From the NCBI GenBank assembly GCA_903895725.1, contig CAITUV010000008.1:67502-131501 (forward strand): a stretch of DNA of 64,000 bases, read 5' to 3'. This document shows, piece after piece, positions 1-9,621 of the stretch (the first letter of the stretch is position 1; each line of letters begins with the position of its first letter). The position numbers and the translations under genes are program-made. The DNA comes from an uncultured Myxococcales bacterium (GTDB taxonomy: Bacteria > Myxococcota_A > UBA9042 > CAIXZC01). The notes beneath the pieces were generated by a model that did not search any database, was not told the DNA's origin, and saw only the letters and a program-made list of their open reading frames with translations.

Positions 1-2
1 GG

Positions 3-1025
3 CGGGACATCTACTTGCTCGACGTGGCAAGCAAGGGAATGTCGCCGCTCGTGGTCGTCGAAGGGACGGGCGCTCACGCCGCCAACCTGTCCTGGTCTCC
101 TGACGGAAGTCGCCTGGCGTACATCGACCAGGGTCCGCTCGGGGGCAGCGGTCCAGACAACCCGCGGCTCATGATCCTGACCATCGGCGAAGGAGCGCCC
201 GTTGAGATCGTGTCGTACCTCGAAGCCGGGGTTGGAGAGAAGAGCGGTCTTGCATGCCCCATGTGGGCCCCGGACGGCCAGCACATCCACATGAAGATGT
301 GGACGTCAGAGCCCCCGACTTCCGACAAGCCGAAGGTGACACACGAGACCCACGTCGTTTCGGTGGACTTGGCGACCGGTGACGTGTTGGAGATTGCCCT
401 CCTGGCCACCAAGGACCCGCTGATGTCCATTGCGCTCAACCCGCAAACCGGCGCGTATGCTCTGGCCGGTGGGTACAGTGCCTGGGGCCAGTGCGTGGAC
501 GAGAATGGGGAGTGGCACCACGCTTCCGACGAAGAGGAAGGTGAGGTTCCCTGCCCCTTGAATCGGATCGACATCTCAACGGTTGCACCTCCGGGGGGGG
601 AGCTGGTTCCACTCCTGGAATCGTTTGACCCCGGGAGTTTCGGCACATGCGATGGTGATCGGTTCGCTCCGGTTTGGTCATGGGATGGCTCCGAACTCGC
701 CTTCCTGGTGGCGGATTGCTTCCTCAAGGTGGGAGAGCCGTTCGGAGAGAACAGTGTCAGCGGTCTGGCGATGCGGCACATCTTCGCCATGCATGCTGAT
801 GGGGTGTTCTCCAAGCTCACGCCCTGGAAACACGAGCACTCCGAGGGCAGCCCCACCTGGGGACCGTTAGGGTCCGGACTGATCGCATTCATCAAGGGCA
901 CTCCGGGAGAAACCTACGTACAAGTCAACCAACTCGCCGTCGCCAACCTGGATACCGGGGACATTGCGGACATCACGCCCGAAGGCTTCGACCACTTCTA
1001 CGAGATTGCCTGGCGCCCGGAGTAG
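3..1025 (+). CDS. TolB/PD40-like beta-propeller protein (5' truncated by window edge)
   Basis: Repeated WSPDG/WAPDG/WSWDG motifs (SWSPDGSRLAY, WAPDGQHI, WSWDGSELAF); frame is open back to the window start (RDIYLLD). Confidence 0.7.
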   Translation, partial: RDIYLLDVASKGMSPLVVVEGTGAHAANLSWSPDGSRLAYIDQGPLGGSGPDNPRLMILTIGEGAPVEIVSYLEAGVGEKSGLACPMWAPDGQHIHMKMWTSEPPTSDKPKVTHETHVVSVDLATGDVLEIALLATKDPLMSIALNPQTGAYALAGGYSAWGQCVDENGEWHHASDEEEGEVPCPLNRIDISTVAPPGGELVPLLESFDPGSFGTCDGDRFAPVWSWDGSELAFLVADCFLKVGEPFGENSVSGLAMRHIFAMHADGVFSKLTPWKHEHSEGSPTWGPLGSGLIAFIKGTPGETYVQVNQLAVANLDTGDIADITPEGFDHFYEIAWRPE

Positions 1026-1045
1026 CGGGCGAGGAGGAAGGTCGC

Positions 1046-2500
1046 ATGCGATCGGCGCTCGCTCCGTTGTTCTTCGTGTCAGTGGCCCTGGCGTTCTCCG
1101 GTTGCCCTTGGTCGGGCGGCGGTTCTGAGCAGGAGGCGACCGACTCGGCGGGTCTTGACGTCCCGGGTGGACCTCCAGACGTTGTAACGGATGACCTGCT
1201 CCCGGACGTGACTGGGCAGAACGACGTCATGCCGGCGACCGATGGGCTCAGCCCAGAGTTGGTGGGTGTCCCGTGCATCGCAGCGAGCCCCGGCGAGCTG
1301 GATTTCGGCGGCGTGCAGTGCCTGGGTGAGAAGACGCTCGAGCTTACCATCGAATCGTGCGGTGCGGTCCCCCTGGAGTTGTACGGCATAGCTCTGTCTC
1401 CTGGGTCCCAGCCTGCCTTCTCTCTGGATCTCTCCGGGCTTGCCCACGAACCCACGCCGGATGCACCGCTGACGATTCCGCCAGGGGCAGCCGTCTCCGT
1501 GCAGGTGGTGTTCACACCGAAGTCAGCAAGTCCCGCAGACGATGCCGGCCAACTGGTGCTGTTCGAGGCTACCGTCATGATCGGCAGCAACGCCGGCGAG
1601 TCTCCTGCGAGCGTCCCGGTACAAGGGGCGAGCGTGACCATCGAAGCGCCCGTCGCCCTGATCCAGTGCCAGGAGGGAAGTGAGGTCGTCCCGGGAACCG
1701 TGCTCCACCTCAGCGGCAACGAGAGCTACCAGGGATGCGAGACGGAAGGAGCCATCACGAAGTGGGAGTGGGATGTAGCTCGGCCTCAGGGCTCGTCCGC
1801 TCAGTTCGAACCGTCCGCCGGTGTCGCCGATCCGACGTTCATGGTGGACCTGGCGGGCATCTACACCTTCTCTCTCGTAGTCTACGACGAGAGCAACACG
1901 CCCAGCTGCTTCCCCACAGAATACCAGGTCTGGGTGGTTCCCCAGGCTGACATCCACATCGAGCTATTCTGGCACACCCCTTCGGACACCGATGACCCGA
2001 GCGTCGGGCCCGGAGCGGACGTGGACTTGCACCTCCAACACCCGTTCGGCCTCGGCTATGACCACGACGGCGACGGCCAGCCGGACTGCTGGATGGACGT
2101 GGATGCGAACTGCTTCTGGTTCAACCCCACGCCGGACTGGGGCGAACCCGGGCCCGGCGACGACCCCCTGATGCTCTTCAGTGACCAGGAGGGGACCGGG
2201 CCTGAAGTCATCTCCTTCGACAATCCGGAGGCTCTCGCCTACCTCGTCGGCGTGTACTACTACAGCGACCATGGAGCAGGTGACGCATGGGCGACGGTGA
2301 GACTGTTCCTATCGGGGCAGCTTGTCTTCGAGGTCAGCGACGTTCAGTTGGCTCCGTACGACATCTGGACCGTGTTTCGCATCGACTGGCCGACCGGTGA
2401 CGTAGCGCTCGTCAGCGGCGAGGACGGTGGCTACGACATCCAGCCGGACTTCAAGGAAGGCTACTTCGTTGGAGACCCGGAGACCTGCGGGCCGTTCTGA
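1046..2500 (+). CDS. Secreted lipoprotein with Ig-like and PKD-like domains
   Basis: Lipobox-like FSGC after a hydrophobic stretch; 'LDFGGV..LELTIESCG' Ig-like segment; PKD-like 'WEW...DLAGIYTFSLVV'; RBS GAGGAGG upstream. Confidence 0.6.
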   Translation: MRSALAPLFFVSVALAFSGCPWSGGGSEQEATDSAGLDVPGGPPDVVTDDLLPDVTGQNDVMPATDGLSPELVGVPCIAASPGELDFGGVQCLGEKTLELTIESCGAVPLELYGIALSPGSQPAFSLDLSGLAHEPTPDAPLTIPPGAAVSVQVVFTPKSASPADDAGQLVLFEATVMIGSNAGESPASVPVQGASVTIEAPVALIQCQEGSEVVPGTVLHLSGNESYQGCETEGAITKWEWDVARPQGSSAQFEPSAGVADPTFMVDLAGIYTFSLVVYDESNTPSCFPTEYQVWVVPQADIHIELFWHTPSDTDDPSVGPGADVDLHLQHPFGLGYDHDGDGQPDCWMDVDANCFWFNPTPDWGEPGPGDDPLMLFSDQEGTGPEVISFDNPEALAYLVGVYYYSDHGAGDAWATVRLFLSGQLVFEVSDVQLAPYDIWTVFRIDWPTGDVALVSGEDGGYDIQPDFKEGYFVGDPETCGPF

Positions 2501-2603
2501 ACCGCTGTTCTCGCCGCCATCCCGGAAGGCAACGACGGTGCTGAGCCCCACGCATTCGGGGGCCGCACAGTGCGAAGACCAAGAGTCCGATTCTCAGTCA
2601 ACA

Positions 2604-4775
2604 TCACTGCAGCAGGATCAGCCCGTCGTGAACGATCACGGTGGGGGATCCGGGCAGCACTCGCTTGGGGATCTGGCCCAGGGGGGCGCTCGCCTGCACC
2701 TGCAAGACGAACCCCCCGTCCTGATGAATCGGCGTAGCGACCAGCAGATCCCAGCGAGACGCAAAGCCCGGACCGTACGGAGAGCGACCCAGGAGGTGGA
2801 AGTCGCCGCCAGTTGCCGCAACCGGCACGAGCTCGGCGCAGCCGTCCACATGGTCCAAAAGTGACTCGCCGTCCGGCGGCAGCCAGCGGGGTACTCCGTC
2901 GCTGCCGCGCACCATCAGCCCTCCCGGCCCGCCGACGTGAGGGCCGTCCAGGCTGTCATCGGGCACGGCAACCGTGCGCAGTTCGTTGCCGGCAGAGTCC
3001 AGGACCCGAATGCCCGCCTCTGCATCCAGAACATAGAGCGTCTGACCGGTCGCAGCGATCCCGGTGGGAGCCGCACCGCCCGGCAGGGGCAGGTCCGAGC
3101 GCGATGGCATCGCCGCACCAAGGTCCACGCCCCAGAGCACTCGTTCTTCGATGGCTGGAGCTGGATCCCCGAACGCTCGCTCTGCGGGCTCGGAGAGCAC
3201 ATACAGATGCTGGCCGCCAGCAGCAAGGTCGAGGATGGTTCCCGGACTGTCCACCACGAGAGGCGGGGCGTCCAGGAGTTGCCTGTCATGTATCTCGATT
3301 CGCGAATCGCCGACGATGCCCCAGTCCCCACCGGGACCTCCCGTTGCCGTGGCGATGCGCTGTCCAATCCACGCTGCCGGGGGAAAAGACTCGCCACAGT
3401 ACCCCCAATGCAGGGCCGAGACCGCAGTCGTCGCGCCGTCGTCGAGGTTGACGAGCCAGTCACCGTCCTCCGCATGCACGAGCATCTCGTCTCCTCCCGG
3501 CGACAGGACTCCGTCAACGGAGCGTAGCGGTGACTGCTCCGCTGCTGCCGGGCACGCGTGAACCGGCGACTGCGCGGCCGGCCACCGCTTGTCGGGAGCG
3601 TACCAGGGTGACACCACCCACACGGTGCCTTCCTCCTCAGGCAAGAGCCGCTCCAGGCAGGGGGGCTCGTTCTCCTGTTGCACCGCGTAGACTGCGAGGT
3701 CCTCGCTCTCCAGGTCGAGGGCGCTGCAAAGGTCTGCCTCACATACCTTGGCAAACCCCCCGACCACCGGAGCATCGAAGGGCACATTCTTGGGCGTCGC
3801 CCGCGCCGCAACCATGGCCGGTCCACCCGGGTCGGCCAGTTCGTACAACTGCGCCTCGCCCTCCAATGCGAGGAGCAGCCGTCCCTTGTGTAGCGCCAGG
3901 AACCCCTCCGCCAGGCACGGAAGCTCGCCGACCACAGCAGTGGGGTCGGGGGCCAGCAAGTCGTGCACGCGGGCGACGGCCTGTTCGTCTCCATCGGTGA
4001 CCATCTGGACAACAAGCCACCTGCCGTCCGTCGCCACGTGAGGAGTCCAGGCAGGCTGTCCGTCGGCGTGAGGCACGCAGACGACCTCAAGAGGGACCCC
4101 GGGGTTGGAGAAGTCCAGCAGCGATACCCCGCGTTCCGTGGACAGAACGAGCCGGCCGTCGGAGGCACCGACCAGCCGCAAGCGCGGCTCAGGCCCCCCG
4201 ATACCAGAAGGGGGCGGAGTCAACGCTGCCGCCCACCACGCTACAGGCGTCGGATTCACTGGGTCAGCGATTTCGACGACGCTGATCCCGCCCAGCGCGG
4301 CGTCCTGCACGAAGGCGGTGGTCCCGACGACAACCACAGCATGCGCCCGTCCCACTGCCACCCTGCCCAGCTCTGAGAGGGTCTCCGGCTGGCGCACCAC
4401 CAGGTTCGGATTCTCGACGGTGACGAGACCGCCCTCGCCACGGGCCACCGCACGAGGGAGGTTCTCGGGCAGCGGCATAGCGACGCCGAAACCTGAGAGA
4501 ATCGGCGGGGCCTGCACCAGGACTCCGGTGCCGCAGACTTCAAAACAGAGTCCCGCCCGATCGTCGCACGAATCTCCCGTCTGCTCGCACAGCGGAGTCA
4601 CGTGGGGGCCTGCCTGTCGGTTTGCCTGGAGTCCGCCTTCATCCTTCCCGAAGGCATCACTCCCCCCATCCCCGGCTGCGCTGACTCGGTTTCCGCACGC
4701 GATCAGCAGGCCGAGCAGGACCACGAACACATATCCGGCGATTCGGGCAAGGCAACCTCCGTTTCTCCTCTCCAT
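2604..4775 (-). CDS. Lipoprotein, probable beta-propeller (LVIVD-like repeats)
   Basis: Lipobox LIAC; 'GISVVEIADPVNP' and 'GVSLLDFSNPGVP' resemble LVIVD repeats. Confidence 0.55.
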   Translation of the reverse strand: MERRNGGCLARIAGYVFVVLLGLLIACGNRVSAAGDGGSDAFGKDEGGLQANRQAGPHVTPLCEQTGDSCDDRAGLCFEVCGTGVLVQAPPILSGFGVAMPLPENLPRAVARGEGGLVTVENPNLVVRQPETLSELGRVAVGRAHAVVVVGTTAFVQDAALGGISVVEIADPVNPTPVAWWAAALTPPPSGIGGPEPRLRLVGASDGRLVLSTERGVSLLDFSNPGVPLEVVCVPHADGQPAWTPHVATDGRWLVVQMVTDGDEQAVARVHDLLAPDPTAVVGELPCLAEGFLALHKGRLLLALEGEAQLYELADPGGPAMVAARATPKNVPFDAPVVGGFAKVCEADLCSALDLESEDLAVYAVQQENEPPCLERLLPEEEGTVWVVSPWYAPDKRWPAAQSPVHACPAAAEQSPLRSVDGVLSPGGDEMLVHAEDGDWLVNLDDGATTAVSALHWGYCGESFPPAAWIGQRIATATGGPGGDWGIVGDSRIEIHDRQLLDAPPLVVDSPGTILDLAAGGQHLYVLSEPAERAFGDPAPAIEERVLWGVDLGAAMPSRSDLPLPGGAAPTGIAATGQTLYVLDAEAGIRVLDSAGNELRTVAVPDDSLDGPHVGGPGGLMVRGSDGVPRWLPPDGESLLDHVDGCAELVPVAATGGDFHLLGRSPYGPGFASRWDLLVATPIHQDGGFVLQVQASAPLGQIPKRVLPGSPTVIVHDGLILLQ

Positions 4776-4793
4776 GGGCTCCCCCTTGTCAAC

Positions 4794-5723
4794 TCAGAAC
4801 GGGAACTCCTCTTCCCCGGGCAGCATGTCGTCGTAGAAGACGCGGTAGAACTGGCCGCCCCGGCCTACGCAAGCGCTCGGGTAGTAGGTCTCGCCGCTAA
4901 GGTTCGCCCGGAGGAAGTCCCGTACCTTGCCGGCCTCTCCTCCCTCCAGCGCCATGCTCCAGAACCCGTAGTCCTCGTTTCCGGGGAAGGCCGCAGAGTC
5001 GTCGAAGGGCCAAGCCACTGCGTTCGTCCCGTCGCAGTTCTCCGGCAGGCCCGGGCCCGTCGCCAGGTAGCCGCCGAAGAGGATGCGGTCGGTCTCCAGG
5101 ATCTCCCCAGGCAGCTCTTTCAACTCCAAGAGCGCGGCATGAAGCGCCACCAACTCCTCTGGCGGTGGCTTCTCCCAGTCCTGGTCCCGGTCCTCGCAAT
5201 CGGGCCAGCCGGAGAATGACGAAAAGCAGGAAGCCGTAACGGTCACCCCTGGCACCGCCACGTAGAGGCTCTCGGTCGGACCGTCCAGGGCGGGACATCG
5301 CTGGTACTCCCCGGCGTCATCCGGGCCGACCTTCGCCGCGAGCGCCAGCAACTGTTCGAAGGTCTCCTCTGGCACCTTTGCCTGCCGCAGGACGCGGTAG
5401 CCCAGCTCCGGGATGGTTCCCTGGTCCAGCCGGACGACGCGCCGGTCGCCCAAGACGTAGAGCCTGAAGTCCCCGTAGTGCTCGACGAAGAAGATCTGCT
5501 CGGGCGACATCAGGAATCCGCCGCCTCTCCCGGCCGCGAACACCAGAGCGTCGGGCTCCAGGTCGGCCGGATCGATGGTTGCGGTGTCGGCCGCGACGGC
5601 ATCATTGGGTGAGCGCTCCTCCGCCGTGCCGATGTCGCCCTTCTCCCGCGACCCGCCGCAGCCTGCGGCCAGCAGCACCATCACCGCCACGAGCCCCATT
5701 GTGCTCAAGTTCGTTCTTCGCAT
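4794..5723 (-). CDS. Hypothetical lipoprotein
   Basis: Start moved to MRRTNLSTM (RBS GAGGAGGG); lipobox LAAGC. Confidence 0.6.
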   Translation of the reverse strand: MRRTNLSTMGLVAVMVLLAAGCGGSREKGDIGTAEERSPNDAVAADTATIDPADLEPDALVFAAGRGGGFLMSPEQIFFVEHYGDFRLYVLGDRRVVRLDQGTIPELGYRVLRQAKVPEETFEQLLALAAKVGPDDAGEYQRCPALDGPTESLYVAVPGVTVTASCFSSFSGWPDCEDRDQDWEKPPPEELVALHAALLELKELPGEILETDRILFGGYLATGPGLPENCDGTNAVAWPFDDSAAFPGNEDYGFWSMALEGGEAGKVRDFLRANLSGETYYPSACVGRGGQFYRVFYDDMLPGEEEFPF

Positions 5724-5742
5724 CGCTCCCTCCTCGACAGGC

Positions 5743-8364
5743 TCATGGTACGCCGCACCAGGTGCACTCGAACAGGGTCTCGGAGGTGTGCTCACCTCCC
5801 GGCACCGTTGAGTATGGCGGTGCCGTCGAGATGTCCGTGACCGAACGGACAATCCCCGACCCCCGGGCAAACCACACGAAGTCGACGTGAACCCAATCGT
5901 CGTGCACCTCAACGACGGGATCCACTGCAAGGGCGGCGATCGCTTCCTCGTCGAAGCCGTTGTCTTCGCCCGGGGCGAAGTGCTTCATCTGGCCCTCCAT
6001 CCAGGCGACGAGCCCCTCGTGCGAGGGCAGGATGATCATGCCGCTGCAGCCGTGCCAGTCGCAGTAGAACTCCTGCCCCATCAATCGCAGAACCTGGAGT
6101 TGGAACCAGCCCTCCCGACTCCCGTCCACGAGCACGTGCTTCAGGAAACTCTCCGTCACGCAGGGATGCTCCGGGTCAGACTGGCAGAGCGGCGAGTCGG
6201 TCTTGCGGGCCACGAGCGTCGTCTCGCCACCCATGTCCCAGGCATAGAGGTAAGTGAAGTCCAGCGTCCACCCCTCCTCCGTGTGGAGTCGGTCGAGGAC
6301 CGTAAAGAACTCGTTTGGGTCGAACTCTTCGCCCGTCTTGTGCGGTGGGGGCTTCTCCTGAGCGAGGTTGTCCGGCAACTCCAGGTTCTCGTACAGCGCC
6401 CGGAACGCGTCCACGATACCCTGGCAGTAGGCGGCGAATTCCGGGTCGCCGGCCACGGTCTCTGCCGCGGCAGCGTCCTCCGTCCCCGTTCCATCCACGC
6501 TGTCCGCGGTGGCAGCGTCCTCCGTCCCCGTTGCATCTGCGACGGCATCCGTCCCGCCCGTTCCGTCTGCGACGTCGTTGCCCGCGTCGCACGCGATCAG
6601 GCCAAGCGCCAGCAGCACTACTGCGACCAGGCGCCGCTGCCGCACCAATGCGAACGCGAGCGATAGAGCGGCCAGCAGCGCGAGCGGACCCGATGCAGGT
6701 CCGTGAGTCGTCGCCGAGCACCCCGAACCTCCCCCGCCGTTGCCGTCAGGGGTTGCGGGTGCCGCGACGTCCTGGTCGGCCGCCGCCGGGGCATCCTCCT
6801 GCGCCACGCAGTCGCTGTGCCAGCTGGACCCGTCGTCAAGCGTGATCTGGGCCTCTCCGCATAGCAGCACCGGCTCCGAACGCGTGCCGGCCAGGTTGAT
6901 CGCCTGGACCTCCCTGCAGGTCTCTGTGGAGCGCCGGCCACACTCGACCTCGAGCCAGGGGGCGAGCGTCATGCATTGGGCGCCGCAGTCCGGCGTGCTC
7001 AGATAGTCGTCGGAGACCTTGTCCGCCTTTGTCCCCAGCACCGCGTAGAGTGCCGTCCCGGGGTCCGCTGCCAGATCGAATCTTTCGCAGAGGGACTGCC
7101 CCTGGTCGAAGCAGTCCTGGCTGAGAATCTGGTACTTGCAAAGCTCGGCAGGCAGCTCTGGTTGCTCCTCGTTGCCTTCGGACGGAATCCCCGTGATCCC
7201 GAGCAGCGTGGGCACGGCCGGTGCCGGGGCGGTGCCTGTGCCGAAAGTGAACGAGTACGGTCCGTAGTCGGTGCAAGGCTCGGGAACCTCGTCGAAGCAG
7301 ATCCGCACGGTGAACTCGCATGCGGCTCCCGGGGCCGGATCCGGCGGCGGGAAGCTGTACCACGAGAGACTCTCGCGCTGCGCCTCGAGCGCCACACCGC
7401 CCACGGTCACCTCGACCTGCGAGCCTATCCCCGCATTGACCCAAATTCGCGCGTCCACCGGTACGTCGGTCGCACCGTCGGCCGGCAGCACGAAGAGGTG
7501 CTGCGGTGGCTCCCACAGGCAGCTAGCCCGCGCCGCCGGTGCCATGCAGAGCGCCGCACCGCCGATCAGCAGCCCCGCGCGCGCTGCCGCAGGGCGGCGT
7601 CTCACGGCCGGCAGGAGCGCGAGGAGCGCCAGCACGAACAGGCCCCAGGTTGTGCTCTCCGTTGCCGCTCCCACGCCACAGCCGCCACTGGATGAGCCAG
7701 GCGTTGTGGAGGTCGGATCAGCCTCGGCGAGACCCGACTCCGAGGTCACGTCGGCAGTGGCACCGCCCCCTCCGCCACTGCAGCCGGCGACGGGATGGCC
7801 CCAGCCCTTGGGGGCGCAGACTCTGTCGAGGCAGCAGCCGCTGTTTTCAGCCAGACCGTTCTCGGGATTGTCGCACGTACCCGGGCGCCACCACGAGTGG
7901 TCGATGCACTCCCAGCCCCAGTCGCAGTCTTGGGACGTGTCGCAGAAGACCAGAAGCCCGGTCACACGGCACTTCCCCTTGTCACAAACCAACCCAGGTT
8001 CAGTGCAATCGGAATCCAACTGGCACTCCACCTTGGGCCTGTAGCAGAGCCTGATTCCGGTCTCCACCGGCCCCGAGTTCGGGCCGTCGCACTTGTGGCA
8101 GTAGCAGGGCATCTCCTCCCATCCCGGGCCGTTGTCCCAGTCGGGGCAGTGGCAGTTGTCCGAGCCCCACTCATAGAGACTCGGCCCGCACTCCTCCACG
8201 TAGTCGCCGCACAGGTCGTACTGCGGGCAGTCTGCGTCGGTGGCACACTTCGCTCGCCCCAAGAAGGACGGGGCCTCGGCCAACGCCGCTCCGCAAAAGA
8301 ACGCGGGGCAGGCAGCCGCCAGTCCCATCAAGCAGCTCACGACCAGGCGGTTCAGTCCTCGCAT
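5743..8364 (-). CDS. Cys-rich exported multidomain protein with two internal MYXO-CTERM-like motifs (possible polyprotein)
   Basis: Start MRGLNRL with RBS GGAGGA; N-terminal signal peptide; internal GGC..(TM)..RRR and GSGC..(TM)..RQRR motifs, each followed by a new signal-peptide-like segment. Confidence 0.65.
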   Translation of the reverse strand: MRGLNRLVVSCLMGLAAACPAFFCGAALAEAPSFLGRAKCATDADCPQYDLCGDYVEECGPSLYEWGSDNCHCPDWDNGPGWEEMPCYCHKCDGPNSGPVETGIRLCYRPKVECQLDSDCTEPGLVCDKGKCRVTGLLVFCDTSQDCDWGWECIDHSWWRPGTCDNPENGLAENSGCCLDRVCAPKGWGHPVAGCSGGGGGATADVTSESGLAEADPTSTTPGSSSGGCGVGAATESTTWGLFVLALLALLPAVRRRPAAARAGLLIGGAALCMAPAARASCLWEPPQHLFVLPADGATDVPVDARIWVNAGIGSQVEVTVGGVALEAQRESLSWYSFPPPDPAPGAACEFTVRICFDEVPEPCTDYGPYSFTFGTGTAPAPAVPTLLGITGIPSEGNEEQPELPAELCKYQILSQDCFDQGQSLCERFDLAADPGTALYAVLGTKADKVSDDYLSTPDCGAQCMTLAPWLEVECGRRSTETCREVQAINLAGTRSEPVLLCGEAQITLDDGSSWHSDCVAQEDAPAAADQDVAAPATPDGNGGGGSGCSATTHGPASGPLALLAALSLAFALVRQRRLVAVVLLALGLIACDAGNDVADGTGGTDAVADATGTEDAATADSVDGTGTEDAAAAETVAGDPEFAAYCQGIVDAFRALYENLELPDNLAQEKPPPHKTGEEFDPNEFFTVLDRLHTEEGWTLDFTYLYAWDMGGETTLVARKTDSPLCQSDPEHPCVTESFLKHVLVDGSREGWFQLQVLRLMGQEFYCDWHGCSGMIILPSHEGLVAWMEGQMKHFAPGEDNGFDEEAIAALAVDPVVEVHDDWVHVDFVWFARGSGIVRSVTDISTAPPYSTVPGGEHTSETLFECTWCGVP
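6469..6540. repeat. Coding tandem repeat (about 42-bp unit, acidic linker TGTEDAA)
   Basis: GGCAGCGTCCTCCGTCCCCGTT at 6469 and 6511, with a degenerate third copy after. Confidence 0.7.
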
Positions 8365-8384
8365 CGCTTCTTCCTCCGCTGCTC

Positions 8385-9257
8385 TCATGGTTCGCCCAGG
8401 ACAAACTGGCACTGCCCCTCAATGCACTTCGCCTCGCCGGGCGGGCACCCGGGCGTGGCCATGCATGGGGGAACACCGGCTGCGCAGAACGTCTCTGCGA
8501 GCGAGACAATGCCCGCCTCGAATGCGTCTGAGGACTCCGCACTGACGGCCATCGGGCACTCGACCAGGTGCACGCCCACCTCAGGACACTCCAACTCGGG
8601 AGTCACCAGTATGCAGTCCCCGTCGCCGGTGCAGGCGGTGAGCACTTCGAGTTGTCCCGTGACGGCCAAAGCGAAGTCGGAGGCCGTCTCCTCACACCCC
8701 AGTTGTGCTTCCACGCCGTCACGGCAGATAGGCGCGGACCATTCGATCACTGGGCACATGGGATCGCCGGGGACGCTCAGTGGGGCCTGTGCGCACTCGG
8801 GCCCGTCGTCCTCGTTGTTGCGCTCCACGCCTTGCCCGCAGGGAACCTCGCTGCTCGAATCGGCCGAGAAATCGGCGCAGTACGAGCAGCTCACCCAGCC
8901 ACAAGGGATGCAGTTCCCACCGTACATGCAGCAGACCGACATGTCCGGGGCGCAGGCCTTGACGATAGCAGTGCTCTGTCCTTCGGCACAGTAGAACTCA
9001 GGCGGGTCCCAGCAAGTGTCCCCCGGCTGTCGCTCGTCACCGGGATAGTGGATGTTCTGGCATCCACCATTCCGACGCGCCCGCACTTCCTCCTGAACAT
9101 CACTGGCAGTGTCGTCGTCCGCGGCCCTCACTTCTTGGCCGTCACCAGGGCCTTTGTCCGACGACTTCTCGTCACACGCTCCCAGCGCACTAGGCAACGC
9201 CGCCAACAGGACGATTCCGAGAACGCGAACCGCCATTGCACAAAGGGCCTGTTTCAT
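8385..9257 (-). CDS. Cys-rich hypothetical lipoprotein
   Basis: Lipobox LGAC; many Cys; RBS GGAGG. Confidence 0.6.
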   Translation of the reverse strand: MKQALCAMAVRVLGIVLLAALPSALGACDEKSSDKGPGDGQEVRAADDDTASDVQEEVRARRNGGCQNIHYPGDERQPGDTCWDPPEFYCAEGQSTAIVKACAPDMSVCCMYGGNCIPCGWVSCSYCADFSADSSSEVPCGQGVERNNEDDGPECAQAPLSVPGDPMCPVIEWSAPICRDGVEAQLGCEETASDFALAVTGQLEVLTACTGDGDCILVTPELECPEVGVHLVECPMAVSAESSDAFEAGIVSLAETFCAAGVPPCMATPGCPPGEAKCIEGQCQFVLGEP

Positions 9258-9621
9258 CGAAGCCTCCTTCCGGCGCGCACCTTCCCCTTGTCTACTACAG
9301 CAAGAATCGGGCCAGGAGGAAAGCCAGACAACTCGAACCGTGACCGCAGCGGGTCGCGTCGACGGAGCACGAGGTCCTTTCGGCCTCTCCCGAGGTCATG
9401 TTGTCCTCCAACTTCTCTGTAGTGTCTACCTATGCCATGTAAATATCCTGCTCACCGGAGTGGGAGGTGTTGCCTTTCTCTCCGCGACGCGTCCTCTCCG
9501 CAACAGCCGTGGTCGGAATCCTCCGTGCCGACAAGCGGCCCTTGCCCGATACGGCCCGGAGCGGCCATTGACAACCCCGCACCATCATTGCAGAATCTGT
9601 GGGGGGAAAAGGGAGACGGCC

